A stretch of DNA of 63,607 nt, filler included, from Collodictyon triciliatum (lineage: Eukaryota): NCBI GenBank assembly GCA_043381765.1. It is 7 parts of 7 records of this genome, joined end to end, with 100 filler letters (N's around TTAATTAATTAA, not from the genome) between each part and the next. Parts side by side here need not be neighbours in the genome. Positions count along the whole stretch, not along the records: positions 1 to 15,051 come from JBHJMP010003253.1; 6 more parts are not named here. One strand, given 5' to 3'. The position numbers and the translations under genes are program-made. The notes below the pieces were generated by a model. It worked only from the letters and a program-made list of their open reading frames with translations, ran no database searches and was not told the DNA's origin. Position 1 is the stretch's first letter; every line of letters begins with the position of its first letter. Of this stretch, positions 1 to 13,617 are shown piece by piece.

Positions 1-310
1 AGAAAAATAAAAAGAAAAATAAAAAGAAAAATAAAAAGAAAAATAAAAAGAAAAATAAAAAGAAAAATAAAAAGAAAATAAAAAGAAAATAAAAAGAAAA
101 TAAAGAAAATAAAAAGAAAATAAAAAGAAAATAAAAAGAAAATAAAAAGAAAATAAAAAGGAAATAAAAAGAAAAAAAGAAAAAAAGATAAAGATAAAGA
201 TAAAGAAAAAGAAAAAGAAAAAGAAAAAGAAAAAGGAAAAGGAAAAAGAAAAGAAAAAGAAAAAGAAAAAGAAAAAGAAAAAGAAAAAGAAAAAGAAAAA
301 GAGAAAAAAC
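1..310. repeat. A-rich microsatellite tract (AAAATAAAAAG, AAAGAT, AAAAAG units)
   Basis: Tandem units directly visible. Confidence 0.95.
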
Positions 311-616
311 AATTAGCCCACATGAACCGGAGAGGTGCTGGAAAGTAGGCTATCCCTCGCAGGCCCTCCCATCCCCTTTACCTTCTTATCCCACCAGCCT
401 TCCAGTTCGTGGGCTGCTTCGTTCTGCATGATCGAGTCGCACCATCTTTGGCGTTTTTCATCCTGTGGCTCAAATTGGGAAAGCAGTGTAGGACAGAAGC
501 CCGAAAGCGACATCACAATTTCCAGATTGAATGGCATTTTGCCCGTTTGTGACGTTTCTTTGATGGCGTGCATTCTCATCTGCGGACAATTGCGTGTCTT
601 GCGGTTTTGCGTTTAT

Positions 617-2948
617 TCATTTTTCTCGAGGTTGTGTAGGGCGTGAGATAAGAAGAGACAGGAAGTTGAGCAAAGAAGGAGGTGCGGAACCATGATGAAG
701 AGACCGCTTGTGTTTGATTTGGAGAGGCCCCTGTCATTTATTGTATGCTCAAATCGCCCCACGAGGGATTTCACTGTTTTGCTATTTGGTTTGGTAGAAA
801 AATAGAGAACAATCTTGAGAAAACAATTCAGTAAATACATTAAATACAGAGTAATGAAATATATATTTTCGTTTGGTAAAGAAACCTGTCGCGCAATATT
901 TTGCCCAGTCACTTGAGCATACTGCAGCTCTTGACATTTCTTTTCTAGGTAATTCCTTCGAACTATCGCATGTGAAATAGTTACAGAAAACCGTATCACT
1001 ACACTTGCTGAGCCCCCACTAACAAATAGGGAATATGGAATGTCATCATCATAGTAGAAGTCAACCATTTTGTAAATCGTGTACACAGGCTGGAGCACCG
1101 AAAAACCATAATATAAAACAGTCCAAATATGATTCTCTGAGCGAATCTGTGATTAATTCATTTTTTCCATTTTGAATAAATATATTTTCAGAATTGTAAC
1201 TAGAGTGAAGAATAAGTGTCTGACTATAACTTTGAATCGAATAAAGGAAAAAAAATATCTGACTATAAAATGTCAAGGGAAATATATGTATGGTTTGAGT
1301 TGTATGAGCTAATGAGGAGTCATGATTGGCTCCCATATCACAATATACTTGATATTGCTCAAGCCTAGAAGTAAGTCTTACCCCAAACCAGCCCATGGTG
1401 GCCCAAAATAGCGACGATATGCCAGCAATAACCGTAAGGTATATTTGGTATTTCTGGAAGAAGAAAAAGTAAATGCCAGACATTATAATGAGAAGAGAAG
1501 TACATAGCAGATCGAATTTCACTATCGTTTGATAAGCCTGAACCATCCTGAAGACGTCTGTTATTGATAAATATGTACATTTAAGTCTACATTTAGGAGA
1601 ATAACAAAAATATATACACTCATAGGTATTAATACGATCTAGCAAAAAAAAAAAAAAATTAAGAAAAATAAAAGGAGGAAGTATTCCTTTTTAATAGCCC
1701 TAGTTACTTACGCCTATCCATGCTGGACTTGATGGCGATTTTGAAAGTCTCCAATCCCATATCATTAATGATGAAAAAAGAGAGAATTGAAGCAATAATT
1801 ACAAGAGGCACTGAGAAACTAAAGAGCACCCAACATAGATCTGGAACATCGGCGTGGGATACCTACATTTAAATTGAGTGCGCAAAAGTGATCAAAAAGT
1901 GAGCTTAAAATATGTGCAAGCTGGTATAATGACCACAAGGAGGCTTAGAAGTATCGAAATGAATATGCGCTACCTGTATTATTGAGTATACAAGAATCAT
2001 TATAGTGTTGAAAATGTACGCAAAATGTTCATACTGGTTGATGCTGAATATCTATCAACGTAGAAATTTAATACCTAAGAAAAAGCTCTGTTTCTGAAGA
2101 GTTTGCTATCAAAAAGAAAAGAAAAGAAAAGAAAAGAAAAGAAAAGAAAAGAAAAGAAAAGAAAAGAAAAGAAAAGAAAAGAAAAGAAAAGAAAAGAAAA
2201 GAAAAGAAAAGAAAAGAAAGTGATTTCAATCCAGTATTACATACTCACCGCACTGCAAGCAAAATAAGGCAACGAGCATGCGATAATGTACAAGGTGACA
2301 GAATAGAAATCATTGGTAACTTCCTTGCAGGGGTCGTCAGTACATCTATAAACGGTGTAAATTGAAATCCTTCTGAAGAGTACATCAATACATGAAATGA
2401 CCAATAGACCAATAGACCAATTACCAATACATCAATACACCAATACACCAATACACCAATACACCAATACACCAATACACCAATACACCAATACATGAAT
2501 AATAATAATAAATCAATTTACGATTTCAAATACCATAGGAATATCAATGTATAATCTATGGGCCATTGAAAATAATAAAATAGACGAAGAAACAAAACAT
2601 CTGAGTGGTCTCTTTATTTTCTTTGGAGTTCATAAAAATTAAAGGAGGGAAGGATGTTTCATTGGAAAACTAGCCAGAAGGGAAAAGGAAAAGGAAAAGG
2701 AAAAGGAAAAGGAAAAGGAAAAGGAAAAGGAAAAGGAAAAATTACCTGTCAACTCCTTCGTAAGTTAGAACAGAGTTTATGATAATAAGGACAGTCGCTT
2801 GTATAAAGGAGACTAGGAGCATGACCTTGGCCATTACTCCAAGCTCATCCCACTTGCGAACAGAGCGAAAGCGGAATAGATCAACGAAAGCGTCCACTCC
2901 ATTTGTGTACGGCGGTGGCAAAGACGTGTGCCCGACAGAGATCGACAT
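617..2948 (-). CDS. Multi-exon polytopic membrane protein, UPF0658-like
   Basis: GT-AG exons give ...SFIQATVLIIINSVL / INQYEHFAYIFNTIMILVYSIIQ / DMGLETFKIAIKSSMDR / MVQAYQTIVKFDLLCT / ENHIWTVLYYGFSVLQPVYTIYKM. This resembles the 'GWxxYK...RMYxxYQxFxxLLKFD...REN' pattern of UPF0658-type proteins. Both ends are uncertain. Confidence 0.6.
1230..1257 (+). mobile_element. Short A-tailed retroposon-like insertion, copy 1 (intronic)
   Basis: CTTTGAATCGAATAAAGG-A8 flanked by direct repeat TCTGACTATAA (1219-1229, 1258-1268). Confidence 0.8.
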
Positions 2949-3451
2949 CCTAACAGGATCTGTCTTTTAATCTGCAGTAAGAGTTGACTAGGCCATAGTC
3001 GAAAGAATAATTAAAAGAGAGAAGAGAAGAAGAAAGAGAAGAAAAAAGAGAAGAAAAAAGAGAAGAAAAAAGAGAAGAAAAAAGAGAAGAAAAAAGAGAA
3101 GAAAAAAGAGAAGAAAAAAGAGAAGAAAAAAGAGTATGGAATGATCTATGATACGTTCGGTCGTAATTTGATCCCCGCTTTATTTTACTCAAGGACACCG
3201 ATCACACAAACGAATGCGCTTTGCGGCCGAAAGACAGGCAGTGGCTTTATCGAGCATCGACACAATAGAAGAGAAATGAAATAGACACAAGTTTAGATTA
3301 TGAAGAGCACCAAATCGCACAAAACGCCGCAGAGGAAAGAGCAGGATAAGACGATGCCGCAGAAGAAACAACACCGACCGCCTGTCACCAACTATCTACC
3401 CTTTCACCGGCACATTCTGTTCGCTGTTATCGAGTGCGCTGCAGCATCTCA

Positions 3452-4500
3452 TCACTCGGGAAGCTGGTTTGTCCAGTCGATCAGATCAGCCACTTCCGGG
3501 TCATCAATATCCGGCGCCTCGCTTGGGTTGCTGGATGCCTTTGATGGGTTTGTGGAGGAACGCACATGGTCGTGTTTGGAGGAGATGTAATCATCACTCT
3601 CGTCCGTAGAATCAACACTTTGGTCGTTCTCATCCAAGGATTGCATTCGCTCGCGAATCAGCCTTTCCAAGACCTGTTGTGCGACTGCAGCACCCGCTTC
3701 TCCAAGGTCGTCCTCTAACATTTTTTTTTTGTGAGTGTCGAGGAAGGAAAGAATATATTGCATGCTCTTTTGTTTGCGTGTTGTGTTTCCTGCGTAATTG
3801 TATAGTCGTCGAATAATACCTCCAAGGGCAGGTTGTGTCATGTAGTAAGAGTAGTGGTGATTGCTTCCGTCCGGGGGTGGTTCGGATATGATGGAGTTTG
3901 TGGCCAATGACTGGAGTTTTTCCCAGGCCGGGGATGCAATATCTTGTAATGATGTTCAAGGAATAATTAATGATGATATCATTAGCAATAATGACTTATT
4001 TTGGGTTTCCACTGCTAGTCAAAGTGTCGTTTCATCGTTAATGTTTACTCCATTCTTTCTTTATCTCTTCCTTTTTTTCTTTTTTTTTGAGAATTTAGAG
4101 GCTATAGAATATACGACAGGCAGTAATATTACAACCTGCTGGGTTAGGTTTACTGTCGGGCTGTGGAGATTGTTCAGGCGACTGTCTTGGGTCGGAATGA
4201 TGAGGAGAGAGCTCTTCTACGTTGGCTGGACCTGATTATTTTTTAATTTTAATATACAAAGAATGCTTCGAATAAAAACCAAAACCACTACACAGACATG
4301 TTTAAAAACACTAGGATTTTTTTCAAGCATTACAGACATCAGATAATGTTGATTTTTTTAATTGATGATTGAGAACCTGTGAGGTGTGTCTCTGCGGCAT
4401 TTGCGTATTTTGCCCGTAACCTTTCCAGTTTTTTGATTTTGTTGGCCATGATTTCCTCCTTCTTTGGGAATGTGCCATAAAGCAGTGTTTGGAAACTGTG
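3452..4500 (-). CDS. 3' exons of a hypothetical protein, possibly C11orf65/MFI-like; further exons may lie at ~4980-5380
   Basis: Exon KEEIMANKIKKLERLRAKY and terminal exon ending DDPEVADLIDWTNQLPE*, similar to the EVDELLxWTNxL motif. Upstream structure unresolved. Confidence 0.4.
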
Positions 4501-5515
4501 TTTTCCACAGAAATATTAGCAAAAAACAAAAAACAAAGTAAAAACAAATTATGGCTGCTATTTTGGAAAATGTTGAATATAATCACTTTCTTTTTTTCTT
4601 ATTTCATGTGGAGACCAGTGTATATATTTAATTGCGTAAGGAAAAGATTAACCATTTCATAAAAAAGACAATAAAAAAGACAATAAAAAAGACAATAGAA
4701 AAAAGACAATAGAAAAAAAGACAATAGAAAAAAAGACAATAGAAAAAAAGACAATAGAAAAAAAGACAATAGAAAAAAGACAATAGAAAAAAAGACAATA
4801 GAAAAAAAGACAATGAAAAAAGACAATGAAAAAAGACAATACAAAAAGACAATGAAAAGAAAATGAAAAGACAATAAAAAGAAAACAAAAAAAGGCATAA
4901 AAAAGACCATAAATGAGTTGATGCTATGTAGATGATTAAAAAAATATGTTTGGTTCCGCAACCACCTACTATTTTAACTCTTCCACTGAAACAACGGGAG
5001 TAGTATACGGATCAGACACATCGTCCAGCCGAACCAAGCCGCGTATGTTGCTTCCAGCTATTCTTGTAGGGGCCGAAGCGTTCATGGAGGTGGCAACCTT
5101 CCGTCATTCTTGGATGTAATTTGCTAGGATAGGATCGGCGAGCTTCCGGCCGAGCTTCTTGTCCACTTTCTCCATAAACAAACGAGTCAAAGCGTCAATA
5201 TTATTATCCCGGTATTGTTCAGTCCTACAGAGGCGAAGTAAACACACCTGCCTTGATATTCAGGTTAAAAGATAAATGACTTTTCGGCTTTACTGAACTG
5301 CCGTACTTCCTGCTTTCACCTTGCGCACATAACTCATCTTGTCACTTCGAGGAGAAACATGCCAGAACGAACCGTAACCTCAAATATTTATGTTCCTGCC
5401 CCGTGTGTATTTGTTCAGCCAAAAAACGAAGCATAAAAACAAAAAACAAAAAACAAAAAACAAAAAACAAAAAACAAAAAACAAAAAACAAAAAACAAAA
5501 AACAAAAAACAAAAA

Positions 5516-6194
5516 NNNNNNNNNNNNNNNNNNNNNNNNNNNNNNNNNNNNNNNNNNNNNNNNNNNNNNNNNNNNNNNNNNNNNNNNNNNNNNNNNNNNN
5601 NNNNNNNNNNNNNNNNNNNNNNNNNNNNNNNNNNNNNNNNNNNNNNNNNNNNNNNNNNNNNNNNNNNNNNNNNNNNNNNNNNNNNNNNNNNNNNNNNNNN
5701 NNNNNNNNNNNNNNNNNNNNNNNNNNNNNNNNNNNNNNNNNNNNNNNNNNNNNNNNNNNNNNNNNNNNNNNNNNNNNNNNNNNNNNNNNNNNNNNNNNNN
5801 NNNNNNNNNNNNNNNNNNNNNNNNNNNNNNNNNNNNNNNNNNNNNNNNNNNNNNNNNNNNNNNNNNNNNNNNNNNNNNNNNNNNNNNNNNNNNNNNNNNN
5901 NNNNNNNNNNNNNNNNNNNNNNNNNNNNNNNNNNNNNNNNNNNNNNNNNNNNNNNNNNNNNNNNNNNNNNNNNNNNNNNNNNNNNNNNNNNNNNNNNNNN
6001 NNNNNNNNNNNNNNNNNNNNNNNNNNNNNNNNNNNNNNNNNNNNNNNNNNNNNNNNNNNNNNNNNNNNNNNNNNNNNNNNNNNNNNNNNNNNNNNNNNNN
6101 NNNNNNNNNNNNNNNNNNNNNNNNNNNNNNNNNNNNNNNNNNNNNNNNNNNNNNNNNNNNNNNNNNNNNNNNNNNNNNNNNNNNNNNNNNNNNN
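5516..6194. other. N gap, probably a contig boundary
   Basis: 6195-15051 is 8857 nt, matching the other contig sizes. The genes on either side are unrelated and on opposite strands. Confidence 0.6.
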
Positions 6195-6342
6195 AAAGAA
6201 GAATAAAAAGAAGAATAAAAAGAAGAATAAAAAGAAGAATAAAAAGAAGAATAAAAAGAAGAATAAAAAGAAGAATAAAAAGAAGAATAAAAAGAACAAA
6301 AAACGAATAATTGAAAGCATCTGATTGGTTACTGTGGCGTAG

Positions 6343-6552
6343 GGTATGTCTGGTGCTGAAATTGAAAACCTTTGTCGAGAAGCCGCCATGAATGCGACGT
6401 CGGTGTGTTGCCTATACAAATTCACTTATTTACTTTACCGACCATGATTATTATTTATTTATCGGTGCCATATCATCGCGAATCGCTTGCTCTGCTTTAA
6501 ATATTGGGGCGCAACTCAGGTGGAATGGAAACATTTCAACATATCTAGTTGA
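6343..6552 (+). CDS. C-terminal exons of an AAA+ ATPase (lid domain), 5' part missing
   Basis: ag|GMSGAEIENLCREAAMNATS|gt then ag|VEWKHFNISS*, the classic AAA lid motif. Confidence 0.8.
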
Positions 6553-7259
6553 TTCGGAAGATTGATTGGATAGAAATGCAAAAGCTACCGATAAACGAAA
6601 CCATTCATTGCAATCTTAATCTCAATGCCGTGTTCATAGCATCCGTTTATGCATATTTATTGGATACAGTTTTGTGTATGCTAAAATATCTTATAGAGGT
6701 CACATGAAATTTGAGATGGGATGAAACATCATTCTGATATATACAGATAAAATTTCATAAATTTTTATAGGGCGTTTACATACCATGAAAAAGTAAGTAC
6801 GGATAAAGCGTATTTTCGAGTTATATGTAGTAAGTCCCCGTGGTAAAATTGCTTCAGCTGCATAGTCATCATATTATGTCAGGAGAAAAGAAAACAGACG
6901 AAAAGAAAACAGGAGAAAAAAAAGACACCAAAAAGTGATTTACATAAGCCATATAATCCTGTATTTGCTGCCTTCATTTACACGATGTTAGAATTTAAGC
7001 TGCCATTTAAGTGAAAACCACACTTTATTATGAAGCCGCATTTTTCTTTAAAATGCATCTATCAACGACAAAGTTCGAACAATAGGAGATAAGATATGAG
7101 AGGGAGGGGTAGGTTTCTTTCCTTTTTAAAAAATAAAAACAGAAAGTAAATCCACCAAATGTAAGAGGAATTTTAGAAAAGTAGAAGACTTGATTAGACA
7201 GATATTCATCAGTGTCCTTGCTGTCAATTACCAATTAACCAGCCCACTCAAACAAATAA

Positions 7260-10200
7260 TCACGCATTAGAGTTTTTTCGAAGGCGGTTCTTGAGGTTTC
7301 CCGAGCTGAGACTAAACTTGAGCCGACTTTTGCGTTCCTGTGGTGCTGTCTGCGTAGAGTCCCCATTACTTGGCTCCAGTGCAATTACCGAAGCTTGGTC
7401 GTCTATGTTTTGAGGCTCTGAAACTGAGATAACGGCTGCGTTTGGGAGGACCGATCTAAAAATCAATTAATTGTTGAGCAAATTGGATTATTCTTTTTTT
7501 CTTCTTTCTTTCTTTTTTTTTTTTGCAACAGATCGACCAGGCTTTATTTTTAAACAAAAAGCATCAAGACTAAAGGGAAAAAGATAGTGCGAATATGAAT
7601 ATCTTTGAACTTTCATTACAATAAGCAATATTTGGGTTATGGGGTCATATGAGTTTGCCTATCTAATCAACTTGTTCGAATTGAAAAAAAATATTTAAAA
7701 TTACCCTCTAGACTGCAGCTGGTCCCGTATTGCCTATTTGTACATAAAGGTATTAGCTTAGATAATGATAATTATATACTAAGTATAGACAGAAAATGAG
7801 AGATATTTGTAGGCAAACCCATGGGAGAAGTCCTTTTTTATATAGAAAAGTAAAAGTCAAGCACCTTTGCCCATTTCGACCGGTCTGCTGCGTCTGCTGC
7901 AATGAAAACAAAAGTTCCATTCGGTATACCATATTCTGCATTGGTTTTGCGTACCAAACTGAATGACTTGTTATCTACAGCACAAAAATTTATTATATGC
8001 CAATTTCCTTTGAGAATAGACTACCTTTAGAGCTATTAAGATGCTTTATTGTTATTGGCATTATTACTATTATAGTTATTATTGAACCTAGAAGTTTTTT
8101 TTTTTAAAAAAAAACTGTAACACTACAGAAACTTGAGCTCTTTAATAATTTGTACCATTTGCTGCTTCGGTGACGTTTATTATGTCCGAAAGAAACATCA
8201 TATCCTACATAATCATGGACATGGATGATATTGAATAATTGGTTAGCAAAAACGAAGTATATAATATAAAGAAAGGAGTGTCAACCATTAAAGATTAATT
8301 TTTTTTAAAAAAAAACCTTGTAGTGAATTTCCACAGGGTTCTCCGATATGACTTTAGCAACCACTAGAATGTCGTTAAACAAGAAAAAGTATCTAGTACC
8401 ACAAAAGAGCAGTTAATTAACAAAGATAAATTCGCCAATAAAATTGCAATGCGGCGCGCCTTGGTTAGTGTGCTTTTAAAAGAGTATCTTATAAAGTCAC
8501 ACATCAACGTTCACCTAGTACGTCCGCTTCTGAAGTCTACCCTTTGAATGATTTTCCCCTCTGCAATCAAAACTCGCCCTGGCAAAACCATGTTGAAGGA
8601 CTGTACAAAAGAAAGTAGTAAATTGTTGAGACAAAGGGAGCAATATGCGTGTGCTGGGTTTACAGATAACCAGCAACACGAGAGTTTATGAAGAGGTTAC
8701 TTTTAAACTTCGCTCGGCTGTCTTCAAAAAGCTATCTTGCATGGAAAGTATCCGTTCTCTTCCCTCGTGGTCACGCTTTGCTTCGTTTAGTGCTTGAGTT
8801 ACCTATAGAAAAAAAACATTAATCGAGGAGCATCCATCTGCAAATGAAAGTAGATGAAAATAGCAATATTATCAGCAGCAGGCCAGTACCAAATCTTCAT
8901 GTTATAACATGAAATAAGCAAAGACCTTGTCGATACTCTTAATTCCACTTTGAACTTCACTATAGTCTGGATGTGCAGTTGGCGTAACATCCAATAGAGA
9001 CTAAATCGATGAAAGAAATAAAGACAAAGGTATATGTTTTAAGGTGTAATAATAAGGATTGAGGTTAAATTTGGTTTATATTTCTCAAACGAGCAATTAC
9101 CTTTAAAAATAACAAGTAACGAGGGACCCTCTGTATTGGCATAATCAGAAAAGAGGACAACGTTTTCCCTTCACACTTTGAATTATGAACAGCATTCTGA
9201 AAGGTTTGGACACAGCGATAAGAAATAGGTATATCAAAGGCGATACGTGTAAATATGTATTTTTTTTTAAAAAAAAACAACTGTTGAAAGTAAACCAATA
9301 GAAAAAAATCTAGGTAGCATACATCTAAAAGAAGTCGAAATGCCTCCACGTTTGATAGTTCAGATATATTTCCCATAACAATAGGGTAATTGATTACATA
9401 AGTAGAATAAAGCTTCAATAATGGCGCCTACGTTGAAAAGTGGTGATAAGTGCGTGTATGTTTGTTCGTTTTTCAAAAAGAAAAAGGAATGGAAAAGGAT
9501 TGCATTTAATATCATTGGAGTATGCTTCCGAGTGCTATTTTTCTTCATTAGTACGTTGCGTGCGAACATAGAACATAGCGGCTTTGTGTCATCCCAAGGA
9601 GATATGGCAGCCTCAAAGTCCAGCAATAGTTGTTTGTTCAAAGGTTTTAATGTCTATACATTTTTTTTCAATTACTAACAATATCGAAATAAAATGAGGA
9701 TATCTTTATGAAGCTATATTATTGTAAATATTGGCAGATGTTCGATTTTGTGATATCCTAACAAATCAGAAAATTACAGAGTGTATATTTTCAAGAAGTT
9801 TTTCTAAAGGTGAAAACAGGACGGGGTCCAAAGTTCCATCTGCTATTGACCGTCGAAGAGGCTCAAAGAAAACCTTCAGTGTTTTTTTGTTTGTTTTGTT
9901 TTGGTTATGTTTTACGTTGTAGTTGAATCGCACTGTTTCATCTATTATTTTTCCTTGATATTAATTTGTGTCGGAATATAACTGACCTCACACATTACAT
10001 CGAGATAATCAATGTATTTCTTCTCACTCTCGGCGAGTTCAAAAAAGACTTCAAATCTCTTTTTGCTAACCAGAGCGGCTGTGGCAGGGGTTATTGGTGG
10101 GCTTGAATGGCTATGACTGGACTCTGTCTCGATTGGGCTCTGGATATTCTCGGCTTCATATTTCTTCAAAGCTTCCTCAGTCTATGTTTCGTTGTTTTTA

Positions 10201-11153
10201 AAACATTAATAATTCCACACATATAAAACTCCGTATTATGATTTTACTGAATTGGTCTCTCTAAATATATTTCAGCAACAATACCAATAAATAAATTATG
10301 AAACAAAGCAACCGGTTAAAATTTACAAAACAATATCGGAAAAAGAAAAACAATATGTTGCTTACTGCTGCTGATTCATTAAGGACTAAAGGCTTCTCCC
10401 AAGTCGTTTCCTGACTTGTTTTGTGAACAAAATAAGTTCTCCCATCAGAAGCCTTAATGTCTGTCCATTCGTCAGATAGCTAAGATTATTAATCACAGAA
10501 TTTAGATTTTTTTGTACCAAAAAAAAAAGCAAGAGCATGTAGGAATAAATCCCATTGAATACCGCTTACTGTGCTTATTCGGTTAAGGTCTTCTGGGAGA
10601 GACCATACGGTTTCGTTTGTACTCCGATTAACGTAATATTCTTTCCCATCGTATCCGTAGCACAGAACCCAAGGAGAAAGCGATTCTCTCCATTCATCCA
10701 TCTGGACTTATGTGTGTCAATAAATCGAAATGACAAATTTCTGCAAGAATGATTCCAAATTACACAATAAACAAAAACCTTTGAGCGAATCCAGTCCCCT
10801 TTATTGACAACAATTGATATTTTGGGTGGAATCTTAGCTTGGTTCATCTCCTGCATTTCTGATAGCATTGCCGAGGCATGGAAGGCATCATATTTACATT
10901 TTTCAAGAGTCTAAACGCAAAAATAATAATAAAAAAAGAAAAATTGGCAGTTAAAATTGTGGTTCCGAAATTGTCCAATTCTAAAGTAAACAAAACAAGA
11001 AAGCACACGCGTTTCAATTTTCTGGTGTCGAGCGAATAATCTGGTGAATATAAAATTTACTTTTCGAATCACATCACTGGCAAAGATGGAGCCATATATC
11101 TCCTCAAGCTGCTTTACTTTCTCAGTATTCAAATCTGATAGTGATGGTGCCAT
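7260..11153 (-). CDS. RhoGEF: CUE/UBA-like + 2 WW + DH + PH domains, multi-exon
   Basis: WW domains PWVLCYGYDGKEYYVNRSTNETVWSLP and EWTDIKASDGRTYFVHKTSQETTWEKP. DH: ELAESEKKYIDYL, LYSTYVINY, LSSFLIMPIQRVPRYLLFLK. PH: PGRVLIAEG, RYFFLFNDILVVAK. A possible extra first exon starts at 11475. Confidence 0.9.
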
Positions 11154-11300
11154 GGGCTCCGGTAAAATACTCAGAGCTATGTGATTCGCGCGATTAAAAG
11201 AGTTACTTCATGAATGAGTATTCCAGTATGTACAAGCCTTAACAAAACATGAATAGAATACCGTTGCCAACATCCCCACGGTCCTGCACAAAGTTGAAAG

Positions 11301-11402
<102 letters not shown>

Positions 11403-11900
11403 GAATACCGTCATCCTGCGCATAGCTACCCCTTGTTGAACGACTTGATTTCCTAGTTTTCAGTTGCTGAATCATAATTTAATAAATATTTTACTTACTT
11501 GGTTTCTAAAAGAGGGGAATAAGAGGCGAGGACTAGATGATTTAAATCAAAATCGAGTTTGATAGTTGCCTAATTACTTCTTTGCAGAGTGCCTCAATTT
11601 GGTCGTGGGTTGCCAAAACCCTTTTACACAAACTACAAAGCAGTTGCGAGGTCAACTAGTTCGGTAAAATTGTTGCGAGATAGCATCATACAAAGTTAAT
11701 TGAAAAATACATATTGAATAGTATTCTTTCCTCAGTGATGATTATTACAATCAAACTGAATATTCATAAAATATTGAGGTTAGGCTCATAACTCATAACC
11801 AATAACCAATATGAGGAAGGATACTATTTACTTTAATGAAATAATGAACAGAAGAAGAAATATGCTTGAATGACTTTGGGATAAATATATGTTTAAGAGT

Positions 11901-12806
11901 CTAGTTATCAAAGCAAACCTCGCGTTGAAAGTTTGTTCCATTTGCGTTTGCCTGCGACGACGATGACGATCCAAAGCCAAAAGACATGCTGCGCTTTGTT
12001 GTGTTGGGAGTCGACAAACCTTTCTGAGCCGGCTGATTCAGCTGATCGCAAGTGAAGCAGACTCCATTGAAGGGCTTTGATATATCGCGCCATGTTTTGA
12101 CCGGGTTGTTGGGACGCACAGACTGATGCGTGGGGTGCTGCTTGCAAATGAGCTGCACAACCACCGGAACCGGAGTCAGACAATCCACACAGAAGGAGCT
12201 GACTGGGTTGCTGTGGTATTCCTGATCGAGTGCAGACATGGAGGCGGTTGTCTCCTCTTACCTTGTCTGGTCCTGTGTTGGGGTCTTTGTTATCACAGGA
12301 TGAAACGAAGCGCGATAGGTCGCATACTTTGGACGGTAGAAAAGCGCCTTCAACAAAAAGGAAAAGAAATAGGAAAAGAAAAAGGAAAAGAAAAAAGAAA
12401 AGAAAAAAGAAAAGAAAAAGAAAAGAAAAGGGAAAAGAAAAAGAAAAAGAAAAAGAAAAAGAAAAAGAAAAAGAAGAAGAAAAAGAAGAAGAAAAAGAAA
12501 AAGAAAAAGAAAAAGAAAAAGAAAAAGAAAAAGAAGAGAAAAAGAAAAGAAGAAAAAGAAAATGAAAAATGAAAAAGAAAAAGAAAAAGAAAAAGAAAAC
12601 TATAGATCGGGCTTTGATAGAAAGTTCCGGGTATCTGTGAGAGCAGCAGTAATGAGGAGAGATAGGGATGTTGTAATTGCCAATCATTGTCATATTTTAA
12701 AACATGGTCAGGAAAAGAGCAGGAGATTATAACTGGTTGCTTTCCGCTTATCATGTCGTCTTTACTGAGTACTTTCTTACAGATTGGCACTGCCTTTCTC
12801 TCTCAT
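11901..12806 (-). CDS. Small Cys/His-containing hypothetical protein (spliced)
   Basis: Plausible GT-AG exons. The last exon reads EYHSNPVSSFCVDCLTP...ICKQHPTH...CFTCDQ...*. Confidence 0.45.
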
Positions 12807-13617
12807 ATTTAATATTGGTAGATAACAATGCTTTTGTTTGTGCCTGGATTGTGGTAAGAGTTTGCTGAGGCAAAAGGAGAGAGAAGAAAATTGAGAGGCA
12901 ACGGGCATAGCTGACCAATGAGTTATGAGAAGCTCGATTGTTGGCCGCAAGAATGTTTGGCGAAGGGAAACGACACAAAGAAATAGCAGAAGGAAAAAAG
13001 AGTGAAGAAAAGAAAACAACGCCTTTTGGCACTGCAACAAAAACTCTTGATATCACGACGTTCAAGCGGCGAAGTCTTGTGTATTATTGTGCCCTGTTAA
13101 GTTTTTTAAAAAAAAGGGTGGGGCAAAGAAAAAAAAAACACAACGGCTCAAAAACAAAGAAAACCAAAAGCCTTTCTTTTGAAGACCTCTCTGTAATCTG
13201 TTTCCTCAAAGTGAGATGGATGGATAAAATGGCTGTCCTTGTTGTCGTTTTCGTTTCTCCCAGCTACCTGCGCCCAACCAACTCACAACAGCACAATGTT
13301 GAGACAAGCGAGAGCCATGCGGATGCGAGTGGAAGATCAAATCAGATTCACGGATGAATAACGCCCAGATTTGGACAAGTTACATCGCTAATAATCCAAA
13401 AAAAGTAAGACATTGGCAAGAAACTCATATATGGATAATATAATATTATTTATTTTTCATTCATAATAGATATTTCACCCCGCTCATGTATTGAAATATG
13501 CTATTAATTATTTATAATAATACTAACTAGAATAAATCACAGCGCTTATATCATTCTCTGAGATCTATTTTTTTTTGGAGATCAAAGAGCAATACACTCC
13601 TCACAAAGCAGCAAGCG

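Noticed and set aside
5390-6425. Long ORFs through N runs and microsatellites (also 4599-4961, 12126-12790, 30122-30887, 33025-34540)
   Set aside because: They are translations of gaps and low-complexity repeats.
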